Source: a virus. From it: a stretch of DNA of 36,157 bases. Made by a program: the position numbers and the translations under genes. Below, piece by piece: positions 25,160 through 33,269 of this stretch (position 1 is its first letter; the number at the start of each line of letters is the position of its first letter). The stretch covers positions 1 to 36,157 of the IMG/VR virus record IMGVR_UViG_3300037249_000225, one strand, 5' to 3'. A model generated the notes under the pieces. It searched no databases. It was not told where the DNA came from and saw nothing but the letters and a program-made list of their open reading frames with translations.

Positions 25160-25543
25160 TTAGTCTCCTTTGATAAGTTTTATTGCATCCCCGGCGCTAC
25201 GGCAGATGCCCGCTATTGCACCGAAAGATTTCATACGTTCGATAAATTTCACCTGATCGGGTCTTACTTTTCCCGTAGGTGTTTTGACCTCGATAAATAC
25301 TGCTTTGCCGTCCGACAGCCGCACTCCCGAAAGATCGGAATACCCCGACGGAAGTCCTTCAATCTTGCGCAGATTTATAAGTACGGTCTGTTTGAACTCC
25401 TTTGAGTAAACGGGATTGCCCTGCCAGAAGTCCCCGGCATTTGTGCGGAACAGCACGCAGATATCCGCAGTCTCTGCTCTGATCGTGTTTTGAATATCGT
25501 GCTCGGTCAAGCTATCAGCCCCCTCTCCTTTGCCTTGTACCAT
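25160..25543 (-). CDS. VRR-NUC domain nuclease
   Basis: GYSDL...VFIEVKTPTGKVRPDQVKFIERM is a PD-(D/E)xK core of VRR-NUC type. Confidence 0.7.
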   Translation of the reverse strand: MVQGKGEGADSLTEHDIQNTIRAETADICVLFRTNAGDFWQGNPVYSKEFKQTVLINLRKIEGLPSGYSDLSGVRLSDGKAVFIEVKTPTGKVRPDQVKFIERMKSFGAIAGICRSAGDAIKLIKGD

Positions 25544-26841
25544 GCCCAGCCGAGCTTATATCCGTGCTCCTTTGCATACGCAATAAGATCGGAATATGTC
25601 TGGCAATCGTGCCAGTCGTCATAATGCAGCCGGAATCCCTCGATTTTTGTAAGCTCTGCGCTCTCGTCAACTTCAAGCTCCCGCTCTTTCTTTGCGAACA
25701 TATACCCGCACCGAGGGCAGACGGGGCGACCCGTCGCAGGTGGAATGAATGTATAGAAACAATCCGGGCAGGTGGTAACTTTTACCTCGTTTTGCTGCTG
25801 CTTGTGCTTTGTCTTATCACGTTTTTCAAGCGTCCACTCTCTGTGATCGTCCGGCATACCGAACCGCGCGTAATTGCCTACATGGTCAATAATTACCGCA
25901 CGCTTGCCGGGCTTGTACCGCATGCAGCGCATAGCCTGCTGGATGTACAGTGTCAGGGACTGCGTCGGTCTCAGCAGTATTGCGCACTCACAATCGGGAA
26001 CATCGAAGCCCTCGGAGATAAGATCCACATTGCAGAGTATCTTTATCTCTCCGGAACGAAATGCGTTTATGATCGCGGAACGCTCCGCTTTTGGTGTTTC
26101 ACCGTCAATATGTGCCGCAGTGATCCCCGCAGCGCGGAACGCCTCCGCCTGTGCCTCGGAATGTTTTATCGAGGAACAATAGCAGACTGCTTTTTTGCCG
26201 TCCGCGAGCTGCTTGTAATACTTGATAACGTCGCCAAACACGGCTTTTTTTATCATTGCTTTTTCAATATCGGATGTCACATACTCGCCCATTTTTATGT
26301 GCAGGCCTGTGAGATCTGCGACCTTTGGCGCGTAATAATCATACGGCGCGAGGAAGTTGTTTTCAATGAGCCACTTTGTCTCGGGTCCGATTATCAGCTT
26401 ATCGTTGGTATCGCAGAGGCCGTCTCCGTTGAGGCGGATAGGCGTAGCAGTTACGCCTACCCGGTAAACATCGGAAAACGCCTCATAGATGTTTGTGTAT
26501 GATCTTGCGGGAGAGTGGTGGTTTTCATCTGTGATTATCAGAGACGGCTTTTTGAGCTTTTTAATGCGCCGTGTAGCCGTCTGCACCATCATGATGTCAC
26601 AATAGTGCATATCAACTCCCCACCGGACGAACGTGAGCGCGATCTGCTCAACGAGCTCCCGACGGTGGACGAGGAAAAGCACACGCTTACCGCCCCATGT
26701 TGTTCTTCTTGCGATCTCGGCTACTATACAGGACTTACCGCCGCCGCAGCCGAGAACGATGCACGGAGCTCTGAAACCCTCCCGCCACGCTGCGGAAACA
26801 TCACGGACGAGCTGCTCCTGATAATCACGAAGCTGCGGCAT
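25507..26841 (-). CDS. SNF2/DEAD-box-type SF2 helicase with a C-terminal zinc ribbon
   Basis: Start at MPQLRDYQEQL after SD AGGTGA. Walker A GCGGGKS, a DENH box, and motif VI QQAMRCMR are present. CPDC...CPRC lies near the C-terminus. The ORF-track start (26976) adds an implausible overlapping leader. Confidence 0.8.
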   Translation of the reverse strand: MPQLRDYQEQLVRDVSAAWREGFRAPCIVLGCGGGKSCIVAEIARRTTWGGKRVLFLVHRRELVEQIALTFVRWGVDMHYCDIMMVQTATRRIKKLKKPSLIITDENHHSPARSYTNIYEAFSDVYRVGVTATPIRLNGDGLCDTNDKLIIGPETKWLIENNFLAPYDYYAPKVADLTGLHIKMGEYVTSDIEKAMIKKAVFGDVIKYYKQLADGKKAVCYCSSIKHSEAQAEAFRAAGITAAHIDGETPKAERSAIINAFRSGEIKILCNVDLISEGFDVPDCECAILLRPTQSLTLYIQQAMRCMRYKPGKRAVIIDHVGNYARFGMPDDHREWTLEKRDKTKHKQQQNEVKVTTCPDCFYTFIPPATGRPVCPRCGYMFAKKERELEVDESAELTKIEGFRLHYDDWHDCQTYSDLIAYAKEHGYKLGWAWYKAKERGLIA

Positions 26842-27037
26842 TGTAATCACCTGTAAAATCGTATTTAAGATTACCAAAGAAATGATCGCACTCCGGGCAG
26901 CGAAGCTGTATCGAATTGTTTGAAGGGACATATTTAAGTGTAATAGCGTATGCTGTACCACACCACCCGCAATCATGTGTTTTTATCAGCTCTGTAAGCG
27001 GAACATATATCCCGTCAACTTTTATCTGCGGTACCAT
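26825..27037 (-). CDS. Small zinc-finger protein (70 aa)
   Basis: CGWCG...CPEC motifs. Coupled between the Sak4-like and helicase genes. Confidence 0.5.
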   Translation of the reverse strand: MVPQIKVDGIYVPLTELIKTHDCGWCGTAYAITLKYVPSNNSIQLRCPECDHFFGNLKYDFTGDYNAAAS

Positions 27038-27884
27038 TGTTTACCTCCTTTTTGGCGCATGCTACGCACATCACCTTGCCGAATTTTGCCGTGCTCGCTG
27101 CTGCAAGCTCCTCGGCGTTCTTACCGTATGCGGCGACTATCGCCTTACCACACACAGAACAGCGAGGCGGCTCTTTGCCCTCACTCAGCCAATTACGCAG
27201 CTGCTCACCCAGCGCGGGAGTTATTACGCTGTTGAACGTGTCGAGGAACGTCGTATCTTTGGAAAGCGTTGCAGTGTGCTCACGCGAGATCTGGAACACG
27301 ATATCGAACTCGTACTCTGTGCCATCTCTCTGAATAGGAGCGAGCCCGAGCTTCACTGGAACCATCTTGCCGCGGTCGTTCTGCTCCATTGCATACGCCA
27401 TTTTGGCGCGCATTGTAATGATGATGTGGCAATCCACGGAGAGGATCGTGTTGACAAGATTGTTCTGCATCTTGCCCGCCTCGTCCCATGCGGTATAGTC
27501 ATTTTTGCCGGAACGCTTTGCGACCTCGGATTTATAATCGAGGACACCGCCCTCGTTATCCCATGCGTGAGAAAAGCTGTCAACAATAACGACGCCGTCT
27601 TTACCGACTGCCTCCGCTGCGGAATTGACGAAGTCTATGTATCTCTCCGCCGAATAAGGTGGAGTGAGTGAGGCGTACAGGAACTCTTCAGTCCCGAGAT
27701 CGGAACGATCCGCGTAAAAACGCCCGCGCTCGTGCTCGGTGTCTATCAGGGCGATCTTCTTCCAGTCACCTGTAATGCCATAAGCGAGATACAGCGCGGA
27801 CAACGTTTTACCCGCTCCGGAAGGTCCCGTCATCGCTATACGAGCCTTGGACGATTTGCGGGAAACAAGTTCAAAATTTGCCAT
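27015..27884 (-). CDS. Sak4-like AAA_24 RecA-fold ATPase (recombination)
   Basis: Walker A GPSGAGKT and Walker B VVIVDS. 289 aa with a C-terminal Cys cluster. Synteny with Gp157 and the helicase. Confidence 0.7.
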   Translation of the reverse strand: MANFELVSRKSSKARIAMTGPSGAGKTLSALYLAYGITGDWKKIALIDTEHERGRFYADRSDLGTEEFLYASLTPPYSAERYIDFVNSAAEAVGKDGVVIVDSFSHAWDNEGGVLDYKSEVAKRSGKNDYTAWDEAGKMQNNLVNTILSVDCHIIITMRAKMAYAMEQNDRGKMVPVKLGLAPIQRDGTEYEFDIVFQISREHTATLSKDTTFLDTFNSVITPALGEQLRNWLSEGKEPPRCSVCGKAIVAAYGKNAEELAAASTAKFGKVMCVACAKKEVNNGTADKS

Positions 27885-28477
27885 TATTTGATCACCACCG
27901 ATCTTGTTCTCTCGAGCCTTGCAGGAATGTCCTGACCTTCTTTAAGCGCGCCTTTGATTGCCGTTTTGTTTATATCGGGATCTCTGAAACGGAGAAGATC
28001 ATCTCTGTTGTGGGAACGTGCCCACTCAACGAATACGCCTTCATTATCGACAACGACGCTCTCGGGGTTGTTACGCAGCGACACGGACGCTCTCACGCCC
28101 TTGACCTTGTCAAGATTTATCGCGGTCATGTTGTCAAGCAGATACTTTTTGAGCCGCTCGACTTCACGCCGGCAGCGCTCTTTGGCTGTTCTCTGTGCTC
28201 TCTCCTGCCGCTCGTGTGCATCGGCTGTCTCCTGATACTGTTTGATCATGCAGGCGATATTTTCCGCTTTGTCGCTGAATTCGCCTTCGATACCGTCGAG
28301 AGTATCAAACCACATATCAAGCATATCCTGCTTGTACTTCACAACGTCGTCAATGATGTTTCCTGCGGCATCAATGTAATTACCGTCCGCATCGGTATCG
28401 GGCTCGTAGTCGTTAATTTCATCGAAGCGATTGAACAGCTCCGTGAAGTCTGATGTAAGTTCATATAATGCACTCAT
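27884..28477 (-). CDS. Siphovirus Gp157-family protein
   Basis: The N-terminal MSALYELTSDFTELFNRFDEI and an overall helical, acidic composition are typical of Sipho_Gp157. Confidence 0.6.
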   Translation of the reverse strand: MSALYELTSDFTELFNRFDEINDYEPDTDADGNYIDAAGNIIDDVVKYKQDMLDMWFDTLDGIEGEFSDKAENIACMIKQYQETADAHERQERAQRTAKERCRREVERLKKYLLDNMTAINLDKVKGVRASVSLRNNPESVVVDNEGVFVEWARSHNRDDLLRFRDPDINKTAIKGALKEGQDIPARLERTRSVVIK

Positions 28478-29451
28478 TTTTTCTTTCCTTCCTTTAACTC
28501 TGTTATAACTTCATAAATGCCATCGGACACATCATCGAGGTAATCGAACAATCTGTCCAGAAAGCCCAGCCTGTCATTGCATGTGTCAATGTAGTCAATG
28601 AATTTTGTCAGCATATCGACAAGCTGACCGTATCGGGCACTGAACCCGATCTCTTCCTGCTGCTTCATCAGTTCGGCTTCATCTGTGTGGAATCCGGCAC
28701 TCTCCGCCTCTTTGAGCTTTGCTTCAAGAGCTGTTTTCTCGGCGTGAGCCTGACGGGTGAGCATAAGGTTGTCATGCTCGAGGCCGTCTATAATGTTTTG
28801 ATATCGCGCACACTCCCGCTCATAAGCGTCATACGAAACGCTGTTATCGGGCGTTTTTTCCTTTGAGTGTATCACGATTTCTTTAGGCGGCCGCGCTTTT
28901 AACTCGGTCACCAGATCTTCAAGCTGGGCATTGTCCGCAGAAAGCGACTCGTTGTCCTCCTGCCACTGTGCGATCTCCGCTCTGAGCTTGTCCACATCAG
29001 CTTCACGCTTGATCGCTGCCTTTTGCAGCTCTTTGATCTGCTCTTTGAGCTCCCTCACCGAAGCGCTCTCAATGTCAGTTTTCTCGGTAAGCTCTGTGCG
29101 CTCGGACTCGTCGAGGGTGGCGAGAAGGAATAATTTTTGCACTCCATTTTGTATCCTCGAAGATACAAAATCACTCGGAAGCTTTTCAATTATTGTTATA
29201 TATTTGTAAGCTTGATTGCGCTTAAAGCCTACCTCCGTCTCAACGTACTCCTCGAAGTTTTTATACCCGAGTTCCTTGTACAGCTTGCCGTCGCGCATCT
29301 GCTTCAAGCCCGTGCACATCTCGTAGAGATCCTGCTGAACCATTTGTGCGTTGGTGAGTATCTTCCTGTTGAGGTTTACCGCCTCGATGTACTTCTCTGT
29401 CACCGGCTGTGACTTGTCCGCCGGGGGCTGTTTTATGCTTGGAATTATCAT
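28474..29451 (-). CDS. DUF3102-like DNA-binding protein with a long coiled coil
   Basis: CTGLKQMRDGKLYKELGYKNFEEYVETEVGFKRNQAYKYITIIEKL resembles the DUF3102/ParB-like N-terminal motif. Confidence 0.5.
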   Translation of the reverse strand: MIIPSIKQPPADKSQPVTEKYIEAVNLNRKILTNAQMVQQDLYEMCTGLKQMRDGKLYKELGYKNFEEYVETEVGFKRNQAYKYITIIEKLPSDFVSSRIQNGVQKLFLLATLDESERTELTEKTDIESASVRELKEQIKELQKAAIKREADVDKLRAEIAQWQEDNESLSADNAQLEDLVTELKARPPKEIVIHSKEKTPDNSVSYDAYERECARYQNIIDGLEHDNLMLTRQAHAEKTALEAKLKEAESAGFHTDEAELMKQQEEIGFSARYGQLVDMLTKFIDYIDTCNDRLGFLDRLFDYLDDVSDGIYEVITELKEGKKK

Positions 29452-29483
29452 TGTGTTGCTCCTTTTTTACAGAATGTCGAACG

Positions 29484-29717
29484 TTAGTTGCTCGGTGTTC
29501 TTGGCGGATTTTTGTAAGTGCCTGTTTTTTCGTCCCACATTTTAATATTAGCGCACATACCAATATAGCCGCATATTTTCATCAGATTGCCATCACCGGG
29601 GCAATAATACAAACCGTTTTCAAGCCGTCTTGAATTACCGCAATGGTTATACTCACAATCTGATCCGGTGATAGCTTTGTAGTTTTCAACACCATAACAG
29701 CGTTTCATGCTTGACAA
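29484..29717 (-). CDS. Cys-rich hypothetical protein (77 aa)
   Basis: ORF with several Cys residues. No recognised family. Confidence 0.4.
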   Translation of the reverse strand: MSSMKRCYGVENYKAITGSDCEYNHCGNSRRLENGLYYCPGDGNLMKICGYIGMCANIKMWDEKTGTYKNPPRTPSN

Positions 29718-29797
29718 CCTCGCTAATCTGTGCTATACTATAAGTGTTAAGATTTTTGCTTGTGCTCTGCGGCTCTGTTGCGGGGCGTTTTTTTGTC

Positions 29798-30406
29798 TCA
29801 GCTGTCAAGTCTTCTCAACTCCAATTCGTAATTAGTGCCGCCGAAACTGAAGCTCACATGCGCGTCGTTCCCTGCGGAAGCCGCCGCCTCGGTTATCTCC
29901 GCGCCCTCTGCTATCGCGTTCACAAACTCCTGCATTGCGAGCAGCGCCGCGAAAATGTTGATAGGTTTTATCACAACGTCGCCGGGCAGGAACAGTTTAA
30001 CGTCACTCTCGACATCGTCGTTTATCTGTCCGGGGTAAGTCTCGGGTGTTTTGGCGGGAACGGCAGGCTCTGCCTCGATCTGTTTCGCTTCGGCGTGCTC
30101 AGCCGCTTCTGCTGCTTTCAGTTTCTGCTTGTACATCGTGAAGATGTTCTCGACCTGTTTCGTGGTCAGTCCCTGCTCAGACGCTATCCGTGACGCAGGT
30201 ACTCCTTTCAACCGGTCGCATATAACTGCGTTTTTCACTGAGTCGCTGTATTTTTTCACTTTTTCACCTTCCCTTTTACATATTTCTTTAATCTCTTCGG
30301 GCGTTTTGTGCTCCACCCTGCACAGGTTTTCAAACGCCCACTTCCTGCAAGATGTCGTGTTGTAGTACGACATATAAGCATATATTTGCTCATCTGTCCT
30401 TGGCAT
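29798..30406 (-). CDS. Hypothetical protein with an HTH-like segment (202 aa)
   Basis: Start at MPRTDEQ after SD AAGGGGGAG. IASEQGLTTKQVENIF is HTH-like. The C-terminal domain is of unknown function. Confidence 0.5.
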   Translation of the reverse strand: MPRTDEQIYAYMSYYNTTSCRKWAFENLCRVEHKTPEEIKEICKREGEKVKKYSDSVKNAVICDRLKGVPASRIASEQGLTTKQVENIFTMYKQKLKAAEAAEHAEAKQIEAEPAVPAKTPETYPGQINDDVESDVKLFLPGDVVIKPINIFAALLAMQEFVNAIAEGAEITEAAASAGNDAHVSFSFGGTNYELELRRLDS

Positions 30407-30542
30407 CCCACAGCTCCCCCTTGAACGTTGCCCACGCCATAACTGCAAGCATCACCGCCGTGACAACGGGTGCGGTCTCAATCACCAGAGCGCCGACAGC
30501 GAACGCCGCGACAACTATGCCGAAATATCCTACCTTAGTCAT
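30390..30542 (-). CDS. Unannotated 50-aa two-TM membrane peptide (MTKVGYFGIVVAAFAVGALVIETAPVVTAVMLAVMAWATFKGELWDAKDR)
   Basis: Hand-translated. SD GGAGG lies 8 nt upstream. The ORF overlaps the stop of the upstream gene and the start of the downstream gene. Confidence 0.55.
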   Translation of the reverse strand: MTKVGYFGIVVAAFAVGALVIETAPVVTAVMLAVMAWATFKGELWDAKDR

Positions 30543-30909
30543 CTTTACAACCTCCTACCACAACGATGCAGCTCTTTGACATACTCCGAAGCTGAGTGAC
30601 CTTGTAGTGTATAATCGGGTCTTCGTCTCTGAGTAGCTTGTAAATAGCTTTCATCGCTATCTCGATGCCTATCATAGCATACGGACGCTCTTTCGCGGGC
30701 AGTGTATTGAGCTCTTCGACAAACTGTGCGCTGTACTGAGCTAACCCCTGAAGCTCCTTAATTTTTGAAGTTTTGACAAACTCCCTGAGTTTTTCGGGGT
30801 TGTCCATCCCTTCTTTCAAGGTCTCTACAATGTCAAAGTTGTCCCCGCTGGTAGCAAACATCTCATCAAAAAACTTGTCGCAATTCGCGTACACGTCTAA
30901 GTTCTTCAT
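30535..30909 (-). CDS. Hypothetical protein (124 aa)
   Basis: ORF coupled to the HTH gene upstream. No recognised motif. Confidence 0.45.
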   Translation of the reverse strand: MKNLDVYANCDKFFDEMFATSGDNFDIVETLKEGMDNPEKLREFVKTSKIKELQGLAQYSAQFVEELNTLPAKERPYAMIGIEIAMKAIYKLLRDEDPIIHYKVTQLRSMSKSCIVVVGGCKDD

Positions 30910-31160
30910 ACCGCGTCTCCTCCTATGTATATTGATTTCTCCGATATCGGCGTCATGAGCTGCCCGACCGGCACTTTCAGAACTTTCGATATCTGTTCTA
31001 TCCTGATGTAGTCTATCGCGTTCTTACCGCGGAGCCAGCAATTAAGGCACTGCCGTGAGATGCTCAGCCGCTCGCACATCTCGGTATTTGAGACTCCGCG
31101 GATCGTCATGTAGAGCTTCAGGTTCCGTGGGAACCATTCGCGGATTGACTCCTGTTTCAT
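30906..31160 (-). CDS. XRE-family HTH protein (84 aa)
   Basis: LKLYMTIRGVSNTEMCERLSISRQCLNCWLRGKN is an XRE-type HTH. The start is taken at MKQES after SD GGGAGG. Confidence 0.65.
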   Translation of the reverse strand: MKQESIREWFPRNLKLYMTIRGVSNTEMCERLSISRQCLNCWLRGKNAIDYIRIEQISKVLKVPVGQLMTPISEKSIYIGGDAV

Positions 31161-31300
31161 CTTCTCGCCTCCCATTTCCGCAGGAACACGTCGCGGAAAC
31201 TCTCGCCCGCGTCGGTTTTCTGCTCCGTTTTCTGCGGTTGCTTCTGTTCTTGCTGTTTATCGCGGTCGATTGCCGTTGTGGGCTGAACATTACCAGTCAA
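31157..31300 (-). CDS. Possible 47-aa Q/K-rich ORF (TTG start), ATGA-coupled to the HTH gene
   Basis: Hand-translated: ...IDRDKQQEQKQPQKTEQKTDAGESFRDVFLRKWEARR. The start codon is uncertain. Confidence 0.3.
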   Translation of the reverse strand: MTGNVQPTTAIDRDKQQEQKQPQKTEQKTDAGESFRDVFLRKWEARR

Positions 31301-31487
31301 TTGTATCACCGCCCTCTGTGAGCTCCCGTTCGATATCCTCGGGCCGTTTTTCCGTGTCCAACAGCATCCAGATAACGGTCGCTATGTCGTGGATATGCAG
31401 TCGGCAGAGCCTGTCAAACTGGTCAGGCGTGCCCCGCGTGAACAGCCCGTGTTTTTTGATGTACTGCTGTAGGGTTGGTTTTAACAT
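31290..31487 (-). CDS. Hypothetical protein (65 aa)
   Basis: Early-operon ORF. No recognised motif. Confidence 0.45.
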   Translation of the reverse strand: MLKPTLQQYIKKHGLFTRGTPDQFDRLCRLHIHDIATVIWMLLDTEKRPEDIERELTEGGDTIDW

Positions 31488-31496
31488 CTTGTCACC

Positions 31497-31733
31497 TCAC
31501 CACTCACACGGGATCTCGAACAACACTTTGTTCTGCCGTATATTTACATCTCCGATAGCGTCAAGCGTGTATTCCTTTTTGTTTTTAGCCAAAGCAATTC
31601 CACCTATTCCTTTGCCATTAGTCCAGCATCTAACCACAGACGCCTCGTGCAATATCATCGTGCCGCTATCCGAAGACTTATCTTTGACGCCTATGATTAT
31701 CCAACCATATTCACATATCACGCATGTATTCAT
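31497..31733 (-). CDS. Hypothetical protein (78 aa)
   Basis: Early-operon ORF, ATGA-coupled to the repeat protein. Confidence 0.45.
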   Translation of the reverse strand: MNTCVICEYGWIIIGVKDKSSDSGTMILHEASVVRCWTNGKGIGGIALAKNKKEYTLDAIGDVNIRQNKVLFEIPCEW

Positions 31734-32302
31734 TTTTCATATCCTCCTATAAATAATAATATTTTTTGAACATTTTCGCCGTAGCCGTCGCCGTAGCCGT
31801 CGCCGTCGCCGTAGCCGTAGCCGTAGCCGTTGCCGTCGCCGTCGCCGTAGCCGTCGCCGTCGCCGTAGCCGTAGCCGTTGCCGTCGCCGTTGCCGTCGCC
31901 GTCGCCGTAGCCGTCGCCGTCGCCGTAGCCGTAGCCGTTGCCGTCGCCGTCGCCGTAGCCGTCGCCGTCGCCGTCGCCGTAGCCGTTGCCGTTGCCGTTG
32001 CCGTTGCCGTAGCCGTTGCCGTAAAAGCATCTGTGCACGTCTATATCTGACAACTCTCTCACTATTGTCAATTCGGCTGTAACACTCTTGTCACCGTCGG
32101 ATATCACGGGGCTTTCGGTTTGAACTTCGAAATAACGGCTGTCGAGCATGTTATAATACTGGAAACAGTCACTAAGTTTTTTGCAAAAATGCAACCCGTT
32201 GGAGCACAATTTGATTTCGCCGTCAACATGATAAGTCTTGCCAACCTCAAACTGCATACCGCGACAGGTCATGTCTTTGTTCATGCCCTTGTATCCTTTC
32301 AT
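31730..32302 (-). CDS. DUF7666-like N-terminal domain fused to an ~82-aa Gly-(Tyr/Asp/Asn) dipeptide repeat
   Basis: The N-terminus GYKGMNKDMTCRGMQFEVGKTYHVDGEIKLCSNGLHFC...YY resembles DUF7666 as recalled. It is followed by GNGYGNGNGNGNGYGDGDGDGYGDGDGNGYGYGDGDG... and a short C-terminal tail. Confidence 0.7.
   Translation of the reverse strand: MKGYKGMNKDMTCRGMQFEVGKTYHVDGEIKLCSNGLHFCKKLSDCFQYYNMLDSRYFEVQTESPVISDGDKSVTAELTIVRELSDIDVHRCFYGNGYGNGNGNGNGYGDGDGDGYGDGDGNGYGYGDGDGYGDGDGNGDGNGYGYGDGDGYGDGDGNGYGYGYGDGDGYGDGYGENVQKILLFIGGYEK
31777..32023. repeat. Hexanucleotide tandem array (gccgtN)x~41 with a higher-order ~48-60 nt periodicity
   Basis: Read directly: gccgta/gccgtc/gccgtt units without interruption. 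The array encodes the G-Y/D/N repeat on the minus strand. Confidence 0.95.
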
Positions 32303-32319
32303 TTTCGCACCTCCTTCCG

Positions 32320-32559
32320 TTACGCTGTTGTCGGCAGGTTGCCCGTTTTGTCAACCTCTTCGGCAAAAAAAACAAGTGTTTTTTCTTCGTCCGTAAGCCG
32401 TAGCACCTCGCAGAGCTTCGTCACCTCGGAAGTTTTGAACTCTCGTTCGCCCTTCATTTTGAGATACATAGACTGCCGCGATATTCCGAGCATTTCAGCC
32501 AGTGCAACTATCGGGACTCTGCTCAACGCTATTCTGTCGTTGAGATAACTCAAATTCAT
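32320..32559 (-). CDS. Cro-like XRE HTH regulator (first gene of the early leftward operon)
   Basis: IVALAEMLGISRQSMYLKMKG is an HTH. The start is taken at MNLSYL after SD AAAGGAGG (ORF track 32580). Divergent from the repressor gene. Confidence 0.65.
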   Translation of the reverse strand: MNLSYLNDRIALSRVPIVALAEMLGISRQSMYLKMKGEREFKTSEVTKLCEVLRLTDEEKTLVFFAEEVDKTGNLPTTA

Positions 32560-32606
32560 TTTAAAACCGCCTCCTTTCATTGGTTGACGTTCCTGTCACC
32601 TTTTAC

Positions 32607-32635
32607 ATTGTAGCACAAGTTTACAATTTTGTCAA
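32607..32635 (-). promoter_or_regulatory. Early lytic promoter TTGACA-N17-TACAAT
   Basis: On the minus strand the -35 is at 32635..32630 and the -10 at 32612..32607. The -35 is embedded in operator TTTACAATTTTGTCAA (32620..32635). Confidence 0.65.
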
Positions 32636-32678
32636 CATTTTTCTGTATGGCGTTTTATACAAAATATCGTGTTAAAAG

Positions 32679-32694
32679 TTGTCAATTATGTAAA
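32679..32694. promoter_or_regulatory. Third, degenerate operator-like site (ttgtcaattatgtaaa)
   Basis: About 12 of 16 positions match the two flanking operators when reverse-complemented. Confidence 0.4.
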
Positions 32695-32720
32695 CTTACG
32701 TTTTCAACTGTAAATATATG

Positions 32721-32749
32721 TTGACAAATTTGTAAAACGGTGGTACAAT
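32721..32749 (+). promoter_or_regulatory. Repressor promoter TTGACA-N17-TACAAT with TG extension
   Basis: The -35 is at 32721..32726 and the -10 at 32744..32749 (tgGTACAAT). The -35 is embedded in operator TTGACAAATTTGTAAA (32721..32736), which is 15/16 identical to the reverse complement of the 32620..32635 site. Confidence 0.65.
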
Positions 32750-32775
32750 TATAAATGGGAAAAGGGGGTGACGAT

Positions 32776-33132
32776 ATGACTATTGGTGAACGTGTACGGG
32801 CTTGCCGCATTGAAAAGGGTATGACACAGACGGAGCTTGCCGAGAAACTCGGATACAAGTCAAAATCGTCGGTCGCCCACATCGAGAACGGCAGAGACAT
32901 TCCACGTTCTATGGTGGTAACGTTGGCGGGCGTCCTCGACACTACGCCCTCACACCTTATGGGGTGGGACGTGCCGACCGAACAGACCGACGCTCCCCGC
33001 GCTCAGCTTCTCGCCGCCTTCGATCAACTGTCAGCAGAGGGTCAGCAGAGAGTTATAGATTACGCCGCTGACCTCGTCGCAAGCGGGCGATATAAAAAAA
33101 CCACGGCTGATACCGTGGGCAATATAGCATAA
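32776..33132 (+). CDS. cI-like XRE-family repressor
   Basis: IGERVRACRIEKGMTQTELAEKLGYKSKSSVAHIENGR is an XRE-type HTH. The start is taken at the ATG after SD AAAGGGGGTGA (ORF track 32755). Adjacent to the integrase. Confidence 0.75.
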   Translation: MTIGERVRACRIEKGMTQTELAEKLGYKSKSSVAHIENGRDIPRSMVVTLAGVLDTTPSHLMGWDVPTEQTDAPRAQLLAAFDQLSAEGQQRVIDYAADLVASGRYKKTTADTVGNIA

Positions 33133-33195
33133 AAAAATACCCCGTGCTGTTACCAGCAACACGTGGCGTGGATAAGAAGTGATGTTTTGGGGAGG

Positions 33196-33222
33196 TGTGG
33201 TTTATGCGTACCACATTTTTAT
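33196..33222 (+). terminator. Intrinsic terminator between the repressor and integrase genes
   Basis: tgtggt-ttatgcgt-accaca followed by TTTTTATT. Confidence 0.5.
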
Positions 33223-33269
33223 TATACCACATTCCCCCCGAAATGTCAACCGTTTAAGGGGGTATTGTT

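Noticed and set aside
31777-32023. Regular short repeats that could look like a CRISPR array
   Set aside because: The unit is 6 nt with no spacers, lies inside a CDS, and has no cas genes or leader. This is a coding microsatellite, not a CRISPR.
31737-32050. ORFs encoding (RRRL)n on the minus strand and (AV)n on the plus strand across the hexamer array
   Set aside because: They are alternative frames of the same gccgtN microsatellite. Only the G-Y/D/N frame is continuous with a real N-terminal domain, an SD and operon coupling.
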